64,000 bases of DNA. Source: Podarcis pityusensis. Taxonomy: Eukaryota. Location: NCBI GenBank assembly GCA_964106645.2, contig OZ067039.1. One strand, written 5' to 3'. The notes under the pieces were generated by a model that was not told the origin of the DNA, did not search any database, and saw only the letters and a list, made by a program, of their open reading frames with translations. Made by a program: the position numbers and the translations under genes. Positions 26,324 to 38,632 of the stretch are shown in pieces (the stretch's first letter is position 1; every line of letters begins with the position of its first letter).

Positions 26324-26970
26324 GGCTACAGCATGAATTCCTAGTGTGGTGCCTGATAGGCTTTTACCACACTAAGTGGATTTGGTTCTTGGAATCTCAG
26401 CAGAGAGTTGCATGCCAAACAGGAGTTGGTATACTATTGTTCATATACAGTACTAATCACTGGATTTTGCTTATTGCTAGTGTTATCATGCAACATTTAC
26501 ATAACCATACAAAATTGGTGAATGCAATATCATTCCCTAAATTAAAAAGTAAGTCCTAATTAAAAGTTGCTAGGCTTTTGATGTGGTAGAAGTTCCTTGA
26601 CTTTCTTATTTACTTGGGTTCTTTTCAAATTCAAACCTGTTCAGAGGGGTGAATGGCAGTCTTTTTCTACCGTTGTAGGTTGTTGTAGTTTTACGTTTAG
26701 CCCAGTGGTTTTCAAACTATGGCTTTCCTCTCCCCTCCCTTGGGGGGAAGTTCAGAATGGATGGAAGGGGAAAGAAAGCTCTAGGGAGGAATAGGTTCTT
26801 GTGACTATCACAGCCTTTATCTCACTAAGCCAAGTGATATTAAAGATTGTATGCACTTTAGCAGAAGACTGTTTAATTCATATGATTTTTGAGGGTGAAT
26901 GGCTGATTGCTGTCATTGCCCCATAAGCTCAGTCTGCTTTTGGGAAGAAGTGCTACATTGTTCTTGACAG

Positions 26971-27189
26971 TTACAGATAGGTAGCCGTGTTGGTCTGCCA
27001 TAGTCAAAATAAAAAAAATCCTTCCAGTAGCACCTTTAAGACCAACTAAGTTAGTTCTTGGTATGAGCTTTCGTGTGCAAGCACACTTCTTCAGATTCAG
27101 TGTATCTGAAGAAGTGTGCTTGCACACGAAAGCTCATACCAAGAACTAACTTAGTTGGTCTTAAAGGTGCTACTGGAAGGATTTTTTTT
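26971..27189. mobile_element. Penelope-like retroelement remnant (inverted terminal fragments)
   Basis: 14-bp TSD ATTGTTCTTGACAG (26957-26970 and 27190-27203); perfect inverted arms 27008-27096 and 27104-27192; minus-strand end GACCAACACGGCTACCTATCTGTAA resembles recalled reptile Penelope termini. Confidence 0.85.
27102..27139 (+). ncRNA. Minimal type I hammerhead ribozyme motif (Penelope-associated)
   Basis: GTAT-CTGAAGA-A-GTGTGC-TT-GCACAC-GAA-AGCT-C-ATAC: stem I GTAT/ATAC, core CUGANGA and GAA, stem II, palindromic AGCU in place of stem III. Confidence 0.7.
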
Positions 27190-29286
27190 ATTGTTCTTGA
27201 CAGACTAGGAAAACTTGCCCATATTTTTTAACGCTTCCTAGAAAGTGATCCTCAGCAGTGTTGTTGGAAGTGGCCACCCTTGGAAACCAACCATTGGAAC
27301 GTTTTTCCATCCACCCAGCAAAGTTTGAATTTTTGCTGCCTCAGCTTGTTGTGAATAAATCCCTACAAGTTACTGTATCATTTAGGATCATCCAGAGTCT
27401 CGTGTGGCAGTGTCCCGTTCCATTTTTGTGAAATAGTTATGCAGAATGACTGGCAGGTTCTGAGTGCCTTCTGCTTTTTCTCGTTTTGAACAGGGACTGT
27501 TAGCCTTTTCATTGTTAAGGGAAATTAGCTGTTCCTCTAGGTCACTTTGTGGCATGTTAATTGGGGGTGTGCTCCTTTGTTAACCCTCCGGGTTCTGAGT
27601 TCTTTGGGATCAGAAAGCAGATTTTCCTTCAATCATGAACTCCTTTTCTGTAATCCATGAGGTGAATTGGTTTGTTCTGTACTTTAATCCTCAAAGATAT
27701 TCACATAGTTTAGAAACAGGCGCACGTGGCAGGAAGACAGTATTGACAGTGGAAATGTTAATGAACTTTAATTAGTATAACTGTTTCTTCATGTGTAGAG
27801 TAGCATTTTCCTAGCTGCCTATGAAAATCCACATAAACATGTCATGGAAGGAAAAGCTATATATGCTGAATTTGTATAAAACCAAGCCACGAGAATTACT
27901 ACAGTGTCAAGTTTTATGTTGTAAACAACTTTTAAATGAACAGTAACACTTCAGTGAAAAAATGAGCAACTGTAGCAGTGTTGGTCTGTAAGAAACAAGC
28001 CCTCCAAAATCCATAGTTGGGCAGTACTTTTATTGCTCCAGTGAAGGTATTGTTCAGCTGTGGGTTTTAGCATTCTTTCTCCCTCTACACTAGATTCTCC
28101 CAGCAGCAGTACTGCATATAGCTGTTCCTGATCTGTAACCAGAGACTTTTGTATGGTACAAAGTCAAAATAGCAATTTATTTTTCATGCACTGGTCTTTT
28201 CTGATTTAGTTTATTTGTTGCAGGTTAACATTGGCGGGACTAGCCCATGTGTACATGGGGGTAGGGGTTGCTGAAATCTGCTATGTGGACATTTTAATCA
28301 CCCTACACAGACACCCCGGCAAAAATACCCCCTTTATGGTTGGATGTGCTGAATAGCAATAGAGCTGGCTTTAATTTGAGTGCTTTGAAGGGTATCAGGA
28401 TACTGAACAAAAAGCCAGTGCCAGCCTCCCCACTTGCATGCCCTTCTCAAATTTGCCTTCCCTGCTTCCAGTTCCAGGGCCATAGCCAATCACTAAGAAA
28501 CACAGGAGTGATGTTCCTCAGCTATGGTCTCATTTCATGCATACAATAATAGAAGCATTTCTGCTCAACAATGTAATTTTTAGTAGCGTTAAGTATCTAT
28601 GCTAATTCAGATCTTTTAGCTGACACCCTGCTTTTGGAAAGCCTGGAAGTGAGTTCCTTTTTTCACTTAAAATGCCTTCTGTCCATGAGATGCATATTGT
28701 GGATAATGTTGGCAGTCTATACACTATCCCTTCATTAGCACATGTTGCATACTAGGATTCTTACAGCAATGGTGATTTTGTGCTTCTAGCAAAGTTCAGG
28801 AAAGACTCTGGTATCATTGTGCCTAAAATCTTTCTCAGCATTGGTTGCTGATCCACAAAAAAGTGTTGGGCCACAGTAAGCTTCTTACCAACCTTTTTTC
28901 CCCCCCTGTTGGATGAACAAAACAAAACTGTATGGTCCCTGTATAAGGATGTATTTCTGAAGACCCATACACAACCCAAATACTGGGAAAACCATAGTAA
29001 GGGAATGTAATAGAAGCTGGCAGGAGAGTTTGGGAGAGTACTCTGCAACTTGCTGTTTTCTGGCTTCTACGCAGCTAGCTTTTGCCCTGCTTTGGTGGGG
29101 AAGCCAGCTTATTTTGAGATTTTGATTTATAGGTAGTTGCTTCTGATACGTTTTGTTGCTGCTGCTGTTGTATTCAGCAACTTTAGGGGATTTAAATTCT
29201 TGGTCTCGTGGATTATTTTACTAGTGAAAGAAAGGTATTCTCCCAATTTGGCATTGTCCGGCTACTGGGATGCTCTGTCACACCCT

Positions 29287-29300
29287 CCTCTAGGGGGCAG
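29287..29300 (+). promoter_or_regulatory. CTCF-like motif CCTCTAGGGGGCAG
   Basis: Close match to the CTCF core consensus; motif match only. Confidence 0.4.
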
Positions 29301-29864
29301 GCTCCTCTGAAGAAAGAATTGAGAGAAGATAGGAAGCACTGCCTACTCCTGCCCATTCCTGGGTAGTAGGCAGTACCTCCTACTTCCTCCCAAGAGTTGG
29401 CATTTTCCTTCCTTTGCAGTGAATGGACACAGCAGGTTCACAGCCTGGCTTTGGGAGCCAGTTCTAGCTGGTAATAACTCCTCTTCATGCCAGGCTTGAA
29501 AACATAGGTATTGCCTATGGGTGGGTGAGAACCATTTGAAGATAAATGCTGTCCATTTACTCTCAGATGGAACACTGAGCGTTTTCTGGGTAGAGAGTGC
29601 TTAGAGCAATCTATTAAGAAGGGGGGGGGGATCTCAGTAGAGTCATGGCTCTACATATTGAATTTGAATATCATGTTTCAATCTACTAATCTTCCCAGTA
29701 GTTATGGAAGAGAGACTTCATTTTCTTAGAGACTGACCTGGTCGTTCCTTGGAAGGTAGATGAATGTTAAGTGTGATTGCATGGAGTGATACAATAGGGA
29801 CTAAAAACCGCCTCAGTGACCAACTTAGCATATTAATTTTTTGGCTTTTCTTCCCTCTCACTAG

Positions 29865-29926
29865 AGCATTCAACCCCAGCCAAGGTGGTGAAAGCTGCAA
29901 ATCCAAGGCAACGTAAAGGAAGCAAG
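29865..29926 (+). CDS. LARP1: LARP1 exon 2 (62 nt), (E)HSTPAKVVKAANPRQRKGSK
   Basis: Acceptor ttccctctcactag; donor AAG|gcaagt (GC donor); phase 1 to 0; resembles human EHSAPAKVVRAAVPKQRKGSK. Confidence 0.9.
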
Positions 29927-30066
29927 GCAAGTACTAATGTTCATATTTGTGAATACTCCAAAGTGTGGGAAGAGGTGGAATGTGACACTGAGTTGTGTAT
30001 CAGAATGAATTTGTGGGACTGTTTCAGTTTTATTATGTGGGTTAACGGTGGTTCTCAGAGACATCT

Positions 30067-30315
30067 GGATAGCCAGTGTGGTGTAGTGGTTAAGAGCAGT
30101 AGTCTCCTAATCTGGGGAACCGGGTTCGCGTCTCGGCTCCTCCACATGCAGCTGTTGGGTGACCTTGGGCTAGTCACACTTCTTTGAAGTCTCTCAGCCC
30201 CACTCACCTCACAGAGTGTTTGTTGTGGGGGAGGAAGGGAAAGGAGAATGTTAGCCGCTTTGAGACTCCTTAAAGGGAGTGAAAGGCGGGATATCAAATC
30301 CAAACTCCATTTCTT
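30067..30315 (+). mobile_element. tRNA-derived SINE, Squam3-like
   Basis: A box TGGTGTAGTGG, B-box-like GGTTCGCGTC, core gtgaccttgggctagtcac, TTC-type tail; 140 bp downstream of exon 2. Confidence 0.82.
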
Positions 30316-32513
30316 CATCTAGCTTGTGGTTTCTTGACAAAACTTGAAGGCAGCTTTAGGGGTCTTTATTTTTTGTTTCCAGCTCTAACTTTCATGATCA
30401 GCACCTTTTTAGTGTATCTGTTCTTGAGCTTTCCTTGCTTGTGCACCTGTTCTGTGCTTGTGGCACTTAGTGGTCTGCAAGTACATGTCTTAATCTGTGT
30501 GCAGCTGCTGGTGAATGGATTCTTATGACAGGAGATTTATCTGGAAAGCCTTTTGCAAATATGTTTTCAGCTTTGACTCAATTTGCCTGTTACTGGTTTG
30601 GTAACAAACAACTCCTGTTAACTGTTTTTGGGAAGATGTGCCAACATCCTTCCCACCCTCCATCATTGGCTGGTTTCTTTAACCCTCTGGGCTTCTCTGT
30701 TGTTTATTCCTTGACCATCAGTACAATAGGTTGCCTTCTGCTACACTTGGTGCCCACGGAGCAGTTTTAGTCTGTGGTAAAAATGCTTCAGTCTGCAATG
30801 CTGCACATCAGAAAAACTGATGTTTGCTTGTTGAAGTTGCATGTCTGGTTTTAGCTACTATACCTGTACCGAGTAGGCTTGGGTTTATGCTGCTATTTTT
30901 TTCTGGGCACTAGAGACTGCATTATAAGAACAGACCTGTTGAATCAGACCAGAGACCCATCCTGTTCTGCACAGTGGCAAACTAGATGTTTATGGTATGT
31001 CCACAAGCAGGATGTGGGGGCAATAGCACATTCCTGGTGTTGAATGCAATTTTTGGTCCTGGAGGCCAACAATACTAGTAGCTGTGTTTAACTTCATCCC
31101 ACCATTAATTTATCCAATTCCCCATTAAAGCAAAAGATGGGATGTGACTACTTAAATTGTCCCCTCAGGCACACACACCAGAGATCCACTGCAATTTTGT
31201 TGCAGGGGGCCCTCTTTGTGATAACAAATTAATAACAAAAATAGTTTCCCTTGTATAACAAAAGTAGTTTCTCTTGTATGTTTGCTATGGGTGGTAGGCA
31301 ATAAAGTTTCATTATTAATGAAATGCCTTCCTTCCTAAAAGTGTGCTCTCGTGTTGTTCTTGCCCAGCTTCATTTGGCCTCTCTGCAACTTTTTTGCTTA
31401 CTTTATATGTAGTTTTTAAGGGGACTTGACACCTTCCATGGGGTCACGAAGCTAAACGACGGCACCTTACATGCAGGTTCTGTTTCAAACTTTAGAGAGG
31501 TCTTTAAGGTGACATAATTCAGGCTAGATCAGAAGAAATCTCAATGGAATATCAAGGGTTAGAAAATGAAAACAGCTGGAAGCAGGATATGCCATTGATT
31601 TGATCTGCAGTCACAGGCTCTGCTAGAGGGCAAAGCTCAAGATGTGCTTGCAAATCAAGAGGATCTGCTAATTTAAGCTCAGTCAGTCATGGCAAAGTTC
31701 ATTGAATTATAACATTTATGTGCCATCCGGTATTCCTAGGCATAGACTGTGATGTTTAATGAATAAAAATATTACTGTTTGAAAACATAATGGCAGTAAT
31801 GCAGCAAGCAACCTTGGCTCAGTAAGGGAGAGAGCTGTTGGTGGTTAACTTTATGCAGCCAGTTTTGCAAAACAAAAATTGCCGTGTCATGTGCAAAATC
31901 TTCCCCATGTAAGACTAATCCATTGTACAATGTCATGCAACGTCCCCTATCTTCTAAGGATATCATTGCTTGCTATTTCCTCCTTTTTCTGGTGACTGAA
32001 TTCCTTCTTCCCATACTTACTTGGGAAGCAGCATTTGTCCTTGCTGAAACCTGCTTCTCTTTCCACATCCCATACCCCCATCCGCATAGGAAGAATAAAG
32101 TCAACCATTTTTCTTAAAGCAAACCTATTGTATAAGTCAGTTTTATTTTAAGGTAATGTTTCATGTTGCAGACAGTGTGGAGAAACAGATGCACAAATGA
32201 CTTGGAGATCCACTTAATTATTCCATGGCAGCTGGAATTATTCCAGGAGAAGATGCAAATGCTCCTTGCATGTGCATCTGCATCTGTTGAGCTTGTGTGT
32301 ATTTGCTGAAATGCACACACAGGAATATGTGTGAGGCACTTGCATATCTGCTTTTGGCACTTTCTAAAATATGTGAAACTGCATTTAGGCCACAGTTGAA
32401 GTATCCTTATAAGGCAGGAACTGTGGGCCAAATCGGTTAGGATTGGCCTTTGAGATTTCTCCTTATTGTATGTATGAGATTCTTGTCATATAAACTCCAA
32501 ACATCACTATTTC

Positions 32514-32542
32514 TGTTTGTTTGTTTGTTTGTTTGTTTGTTT
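32514..32542. repeat. (TTTG)n microsatellite
   Basis: Direct reading. Confidence 0.95.
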
Positions 32543-32818
32543 AATTTTGTTTTTTGTTTATTTGCAACATTTTAAAATTTGCCCTCCACTGAGTTTTAAA
32601 GGTGTGAAAAATGCATTTGAAAACCAAAATTAACATAAAATACAGCAACAACCATATAATCTAGACTACAGTCACAGAGCAATAAAGGCCCTGAAGATAA
32701 TCAGCAACCATTGCAGTTGTTTCAAAGTAGGTGTTTTATGTGAATGGCTAGCCACACCCCCAGAATTAATTATCGCCCCAACCTTTCGTAGCACCTGTGT
32801 TGCTAGTGTAAACAGTGT

Positions 32819-32833
32819 TCACTAGGTGGCACT
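32819..32833 (+). promoter_or_regulatory. CTCF-like motif TCACTAGGTGGCACT
   Basis: Motif match only. Confidence 0.35.
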
Positions 32834-33161
32834 GTGTTTGCAATGACAACATTTAGTCATGCCTTTATTGCTGAAACTGAATTGAAGCCCCTCCTTCCAT
32901 TGCATTTTAAGGAGGAACACAAGACTGTGGAAACTGCAGCATTGAAATGTGTCAGGAACAGTTCAGATGACAAGAGAACAAGAATTTAAAGAAGGGAGAT
33001 TAAATGTACCCAGCAATGCTGCAGCAGACACACCTGCTCTTTTTAAAAAGTGTTTTGCGCAGTTTTAATTTCTAAATGCTTGATATAAATAGTCTTAAGA
33101 ATTACTCTCTCTGGCAATTGGTGTCACAGGGTAACCAAGTCAAAGATGAATGGGCCTCTAG

Positions 33162-33285
33162 AGAATGGGTTGCCTTCCAAAGTTGGATTGCAGCTTCCAT
33201 CAGCCCAGGCAACATAGCCAATGGTCAGGGATGGGGGGGAGTTGTAGTCCAACAACGCCTCAAGAGCATCATGCTAACTACCCCT
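33162..33285. mobile_element. Degenerate palindromic hAT MITE
   Basis: Flanked by ctctagag on both sides; core ggtcagggatgg...gagttgtagtcc. Confidence 0.55.
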
Positions 33286-33514
33286 TCTCTAGAGAATGTA
33301 AGAGTAGTCGCTGCCCATTTACTGTACTCTGTCGTGGCCTTTGAAATCTGAAATGTTGTTCACCATGAAAAAAGGACAGAAATAGTAGGTGCTTAATATG
33401 GATTTTTAAAGGAGGTGAAAAGTTCTCCTGCTGGAGAAATATTGCAGTTTTACAAAGGGGAATTCCTTGTTATATGATACTCTGTTGATTTGATAACTCT
33501 GCTTTTTTTACTAG

Positions 33515-33580
33515 GTTGGTGACTTTGGGGATGCCACAAACTGGCCAACGCCAGGAGAAATAGCTCACAAGAGTGTCCAG
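33515..33580 (+). CDS. LARP1: LARP1 exon 3 (66 nt), VGDFGDATNWPTPGEIAHKSVQ
   Basis: ttttttactag| ... CAG|gtaaaa; conserved NWPTP motif. Confidence 0.95.
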
Positions 33581-33859
33581 GTAAAACACCCATTCTGACT
33601 TCAGAAGGAAGGTGCTTCTGTTCTTTGGCATGATTGTGGATGACTAGGGTTCCTGAACGAATAGTGTTCTGTACAAAAGCAAACGATTCCATGGGCCTTT
33701 GGGAATTTCCTTGTAGTGAAGTGGCTTGCTAAACATACAGTATCCATAGTTGATGGAAAGAGGTAGAAGTATGTAAAACAGATTACATTGTTGTGCTTAA
33801 AATGAATTGGCATTGTGGCAGCGGGCTTTATACTCATACAAAATTATTTCAGTAACCAA

Positions 33860-34580
33860 CAATCCCTGTTAGGTAAAGGCAGTCATTTATGTAACCTGAA
33901 CCTAAGCCATTCAGGGCTTTAAAGTAGTGGCTAACACTTTTTATTGGGGCTGGAAATGCACTGGTAACCAGTTCATCTAATACAAAATTGGTATAATGGG
34001 TTCTGATCTTGTGACCCCCTGGACAACCACATCCCATACTAATTGAAGCACCTGTGCTGTCTTCAAAGGCAGCTCTGTATGTAGGGCACATTACAGTAGT
34101 CCAATCCATATATCATATAGGTGGATAAATGAGGTGAAGTCTGATCTCTCCATATAGGGCCACAGTTGGTGTACCGGACTAAGCTGGTAAAAGGTATTCC
34201 TGAGTACTATCAGGACCTCAACAGCAAGGAATCTAGCAGCACCCCCAAACTGGGAACTTGATTCTTTAGGAGGAGTGCAATCTCATCATGGACAGGTTGA
34301 ACACCTCTATTCAAGATTGCCAGCTCTCCTACCCACAAGACCTCCATCCTGTTTGGATTAAGCTGCTGCTCAGTCTTCGTCCTGATCCATCCTCAAAAGG
34401 TCTTCAAGCATTGGCTCAGAAGTTCCACAGCCTCCCTAGGTTGGATAGATTGAAAATAAGTGGTGCATCATATTAATCCACAAACAAATGACAACTCAGC
34501 CCAAACCTCTGAATAGCTTTCCCCCATTGCTTTATACAGACATTAGATAGCATGAAGGACAGGATAGAACTGTGAGGCAC
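33860..34580 (-). mobile_element. Degenerate L2/CR1-group LINE, reverse-transcriptase and C-terminal part
   Basis: rc gtgcctcacagttctatcctgtcc (decayed GVPQGSILSP-type motif); FKALNGLGSGY in ORF 33849-34109; many stops and frameshifts. Confidence 0.75.
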
Positions 34581-36889
34581 ACGATCAAACATGGGGTGGG
34601 ATATTTGCTACCCAGGCCAGGGTAGTAAAGCCTAAGGCCAATGTGAAGCTACAAACTTTTTTTTAAAAAATGTACTAGGAAGAATATATACTACTCAAAC
34701 ACTTCTTAATTATTTTAAGATAAGAAAGAGCAAGAAACAAACCTCCCCAGTCCCTCTTAAAGGATTATGACTACCTTGTACACGCCCCATGCCCAAAAGA
34801 CTGTGGACCTGATTATCTGCAACTTGGCAGGCCTAATCTGCACTGGAGGAACTCTTGCATCTGTAAATTTCAACAACTTGGTCAAAAGGAGGGAAATATT
34901 GCCATATTTAGATTTTTCATTATAGTTAATTGGCCTACAGAGCTTCATTTTATATGGAGTGACTTGGAACCTGAGACGTGGATTCAAGAAAAATATCATG
35001 GAAACTTCTGAATTTTTTTCTGAAGTGCACAGGTGATACAAGGTGAAACTTGGCCTGTGTACACATCCTAGTTTTTGTCTTCTTTCAAATCCTTTAATGA
35101 CTGAGGTTGAGGTTGAATGCCTTGAACTTGTTTTTCTAATGGTTAGAGAAATGACCTGTGTTTGTTCATATAAAAAATCTAGGCTTTGGGATATAACTTT
35201 GATCATTTCTTAACTTAAAAGAAGGAGAAGAGAACATTTTGAATTCATTCCAATTGCTCTGTAGGTTGTAGAGGTATTTATGCCTGCTCACTGAAGGTTG
35301 TTGTTTTTTTTTTTTTAAATAAAAAAGATACAGCAAATCAGTTACAAAGCAGGTTAAAGAATAACCCTTTGTTCAGTGGGCAAAGTGTCACTTTTCAATA
35401 CCAGATTCTCAATCGCTGGGAATTTACCACTGTCTCTGCTTCTGTTAAGTGGAGAAAGCCAACTGTCCTTTGGCTAGTGTTGTGATAGCAGAATTGCAAC
35501 ATGGTGCTTTGTATAAAAGGACAAAGATTAAAGGGTGTATTTTCTTTTTCCAGGGAATTCCCATTCTCTCCACAGCATTTATTTATCTAGTTCTTCTTAG
35601 TCCTTGAAAGTGATTTTCAGTTTGGTTTTGCAGGTCGACCAATTTTCTGCATTTTCTCCTTGAACTTTAGTTTGGTGCTGCATCAGCTGTCCAGATAACT
35701 TGGTTATTGGATGGCATATAAATATGCCTGACAATTTGTTTAAAAACACAGTGGAATCACCAGGAAGCAAATAGGGTGTAAATTGTGGTATAAATTCCAA
35801 TTCTTCCTATTTTATGCATGAGCACAAACTGACCCGCCCCTGATACAGTTCAGAAAGAGAGAACAATTAGTTTACCTATCAGGTAAGCTACGATTTTCTG
35901 GGAGTCACATTCCATTCCCTTCTTGGTTGCGCTCTTCCTGCTGAGTGCTTCCTTGTTGTTGCAAACCCTACAGCATTGAGCTATTTTAGCAACCCCCAGT
36001 ATGCTTACTAAAAGTATTGAAGTTCATCTCCTTTAAAAGAAAAAAGTGCTATATTTTTAAAGATTAAATTGAAGGAAGGCAAGAATATACTTACTTTTAC
36101 CACCCCCCAAAAAAACCCCGCACGTGCACACATATGCAAAAGTGTGTATATGTTCGATTTTACCTGTACATTCTTCCTGTTACTTTCATGTGGTGTGCCA
36201 ACATGTCATAAACTTAGTGATATTCCCCTACCATGAGCGTATTTGGTCAAATATGCCTAAAGATGTATGCATGGGTGAATGTTTGAAGGGGTGAAGAAGT
36301 GTGGAAACATGATAATTCATGCTGCGGCACAGAGTCTGTTGTTTTCCCCCCCATATTGCTGAGAGTTCAGTTTGAGCAACACTTTTTGGGGGTGCTAAAT
36401 CTCTGCTTAGGAGAAAGCCAGGAATAGCTCATTACAGATCCCAGGCAGATGATTTCCTTTTAGGGTTTCCCTGCCCACTATGCTCCCTAGCTCAGCGGTG
36501 CTATTCTGGGACATCAGCTTGGAGCCCATTCTAAAATCTGGCCACAACAGAGAAGGTAAATTTACCAAGTCTTCAGGCAAACCTGAGATTGTTCTTATGA
36601 GGGGATGAAGCAGGTGGGCTGGTTAGCACCAAGCCAGGCTTCTGGAGCTAGTGCCTTGTCTGCTGTATGGCTTTATGGTGGGTGGGATAAGCACTCAAAG
36701 AGGGACACAGCGCAGATGCAGAAGTGCTTAAAGCATACTTCTATTTTTGGGATTCCCTCCCCTTTGGCAGTAGCTTTCCAGCATCATTATCTCTTGTCAG
36801 CCAGCCCCTTCTCTGGGTCTGGTGTCCTGGTGTCATTCACCAAACTTACCATGTCTGATTTCTGTATCATTCAGAAATGATAGGGGTTT

Positions 36890-37036
36890 TTGAATGTTTT
36901 ATGTAGTTTTGTAGTAGTTTTATGTAGTTTTAATGTAGTTTTATGTAGTTCTGTAGTAGTTTTATGTAGTTTTCAATTTCATTGTTCCGCAAGGGACAAT
37001 GACAATAAAGATATCGTATATCGTATCGTATATCGT
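36890..37036 (+). repeat. 21-bp-period tandem (tgtagtttta...) followed by aatgacaataaag and a (tatcg)n tail; possible LINE 3' end
   Basis: Direct reading; AATAAA followed by a short tandem tail is typical of non-LTR element ends. Confidence 0.55.
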
Positions 37037-37408
37037 AAATCATTGGGATTCATTCTGCAGTGCATGTGCCTGAAGTACTCACTTGCCTTCTAATTTGACT
37101 AAAATCTTGCTCTTGTAACCTTCTTAACTTCGGAACATGCTGCTCCTATATAACTATGCAATAACTACTTCGGCTTGAAGTCGTGCTTTATCAAGAAGTT
37201 ATTGCTCATGAATTGGAGCTCTCTCTTGAGGGTAACCAATTGTTCTTGGTTTCTAGACTCTTCAGGTGGGCTCATAAGAGTGATTGTGAATGCAAGTGTG
37301 ATTGTGAGCACATCAGGCAGCTAAATGAACTTGCTGTGTCAGTTGTGATCCACCTTTGCTCAGCCGCCATTTTGATTCCCAGCTTGCATGTCTGATTGTC
37401 ATTTTCAG

Positions 37409-37583
37409 CAGCTGCCACACAAGCCTCAATCTCTCCGGAAGGTTCCTATTAAGAAAAACATGAAGGAGCAGGAGAAAGGGGAAGGGAGCGATGGTAAAGA
37501 GAACATGAAAGCCCGGTCAGATGAATCAGGGGAGGAGAAGAATGGAGATGATGACAACCAGAAATCAGCTCAGAAGAAGAAGG
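37409..37583 (+). CDS. LARP1: LARP1 exon 4 (175 nt), QLPHKPQ...QKKK(G)
   Basis: attttcag|CAG tandem acceptor; G|gtaaaa donor; KEQEKGEGSD...SDESGEEKNGD. Confidence 0.93.
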
Positions 37584-37629
37584 GTAAAAAGAAACTATTT
37601 GAAAGTGCTGAAGCACAGTGGTCTGGGAT

Positions 37630-37762
37630 CTCGGGGACTTCATCAAGTTGATGCCCTCCAGATTCTTTGGATTACAACTCTTATCAGGCCCAGCTGTGCT
37701 AACTGGGACTGATGGGAGTTGTGGTCCCAAACTTCTGAATGGCACCACGTTGGTAAAGGCTG
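37630..37762. mobile_element. Degenerate palindromic hAT MITE in intron 4
   Basis: ccctccagat..ggattacaactc...gatgggagttgtggtcc. Confidence 0.55.
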
Positions 37763-37943
37763 ACGTATGGTATGTCCAAGGTACGATCCGGCAGAACTTT
37801 TATTATGTTCTTTACACTTTTTGCTGGCTAAGGTCAGTTACGAAGGCCTGAATGATGTGCCTTCTCTCCTTGTGCCTTCCTGGGTGAGATGTTTTGTACT
37901 TCCTCATAAAGATTTGTAACAGCTGGTTCTTGATGCCTTGCAG

Positions 37944-38075
37944 GTAGCAGACACAAATGGGTCCCTCTGCAAATAGACATGAAGTCTGAGGTACCAAGAG
38001 ACAAAACAGCTTCTCGCAACAACAGACAGAATGAGCAGCACCGGCACCCTTCCAACAACCGAAGTGACTCAAAAG
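37944..38075 (+). CDS. LARP1: LARP1 exon 5 (132 nt), (G)SRHKWVPLQIDMK...SDSK(G)
   Basis: ccttgcag| ... G|gtattt; KWVPL motif. Confidence 0.93.
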
Positions 38076-38479
38076 GTATTTTTGGTAATGTATTTTTTAA
38101 TTATATTTTTCGTAATGTTCAGGCTGTCATGTTCCTTCAGCTCTTTCATAGGGTAGGCTTCTAATTTCCATGTGGGCTGCAGCATAGCCTCAAAGGCTTA
38201 GCAGTTTGACTGGGAGTTCCCTTACAAGTAGATGAGTGCATGCTACTAATACTTCTGAGTGGTGGTGGTGTTGACTCTTTTTAAAAAATCAAAATAATAT
38301 CCCAACTGAATTCTTATGTACATTCAAGGAACTGGTTTGTTCTCTGGCTAAGCCTCGGTCATTGTCTGCATAATGTGTATGAGGGAGATAGAATCTACTA
38401 GCCCTCTATGATTCAACCAGCATCTCCCAAGCATTTCACGGCTCTTAGGGGTATGCTCATCTCTAACATTCTCTTGCAG

Positions 38480-38632
38480 GTTGGCATCTGGATAACAAAC
38501 ATGAACGAAGCTGGCCTGACCATGATGAAACCTCTAGTGTCAAGAGTGAGGGAGCAACTGTGCGTGGTTCCTTCCGGGGCAGAGGCCGTGGTCGGGGACG
38601 AGGGAGAGGGCGAGGAAGAGGAGGTACTCGCT
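38480..38632 (+). CDS. LARP1: LARP1 exon 6 (153 nt), RG-repeat exon
   Basis: ctcttgcag| ... T|gtacgt; DETSSVKSEG...FRGRGRGRGRGRGRGRGGTR. Confidence 0.93.

Noticed and set aside
1-29864. LARP1 exon 1 or CpG-island promoter
   Set aside because: No CpG island or recognisable LARP1 N-terminus; the CpG-rich patches all belong to repeats.
29931-29936. Canonical GT donor for exon 2
   Set aside because: Poor consensus (CAA|gtacta) and it shifts the frame relative to exon 3.
34757-35206. 149-aa minus-strand ORF
   Set aside because: No transposase or other motif recognised; possibly an old unclassified repeat, but not supportable.
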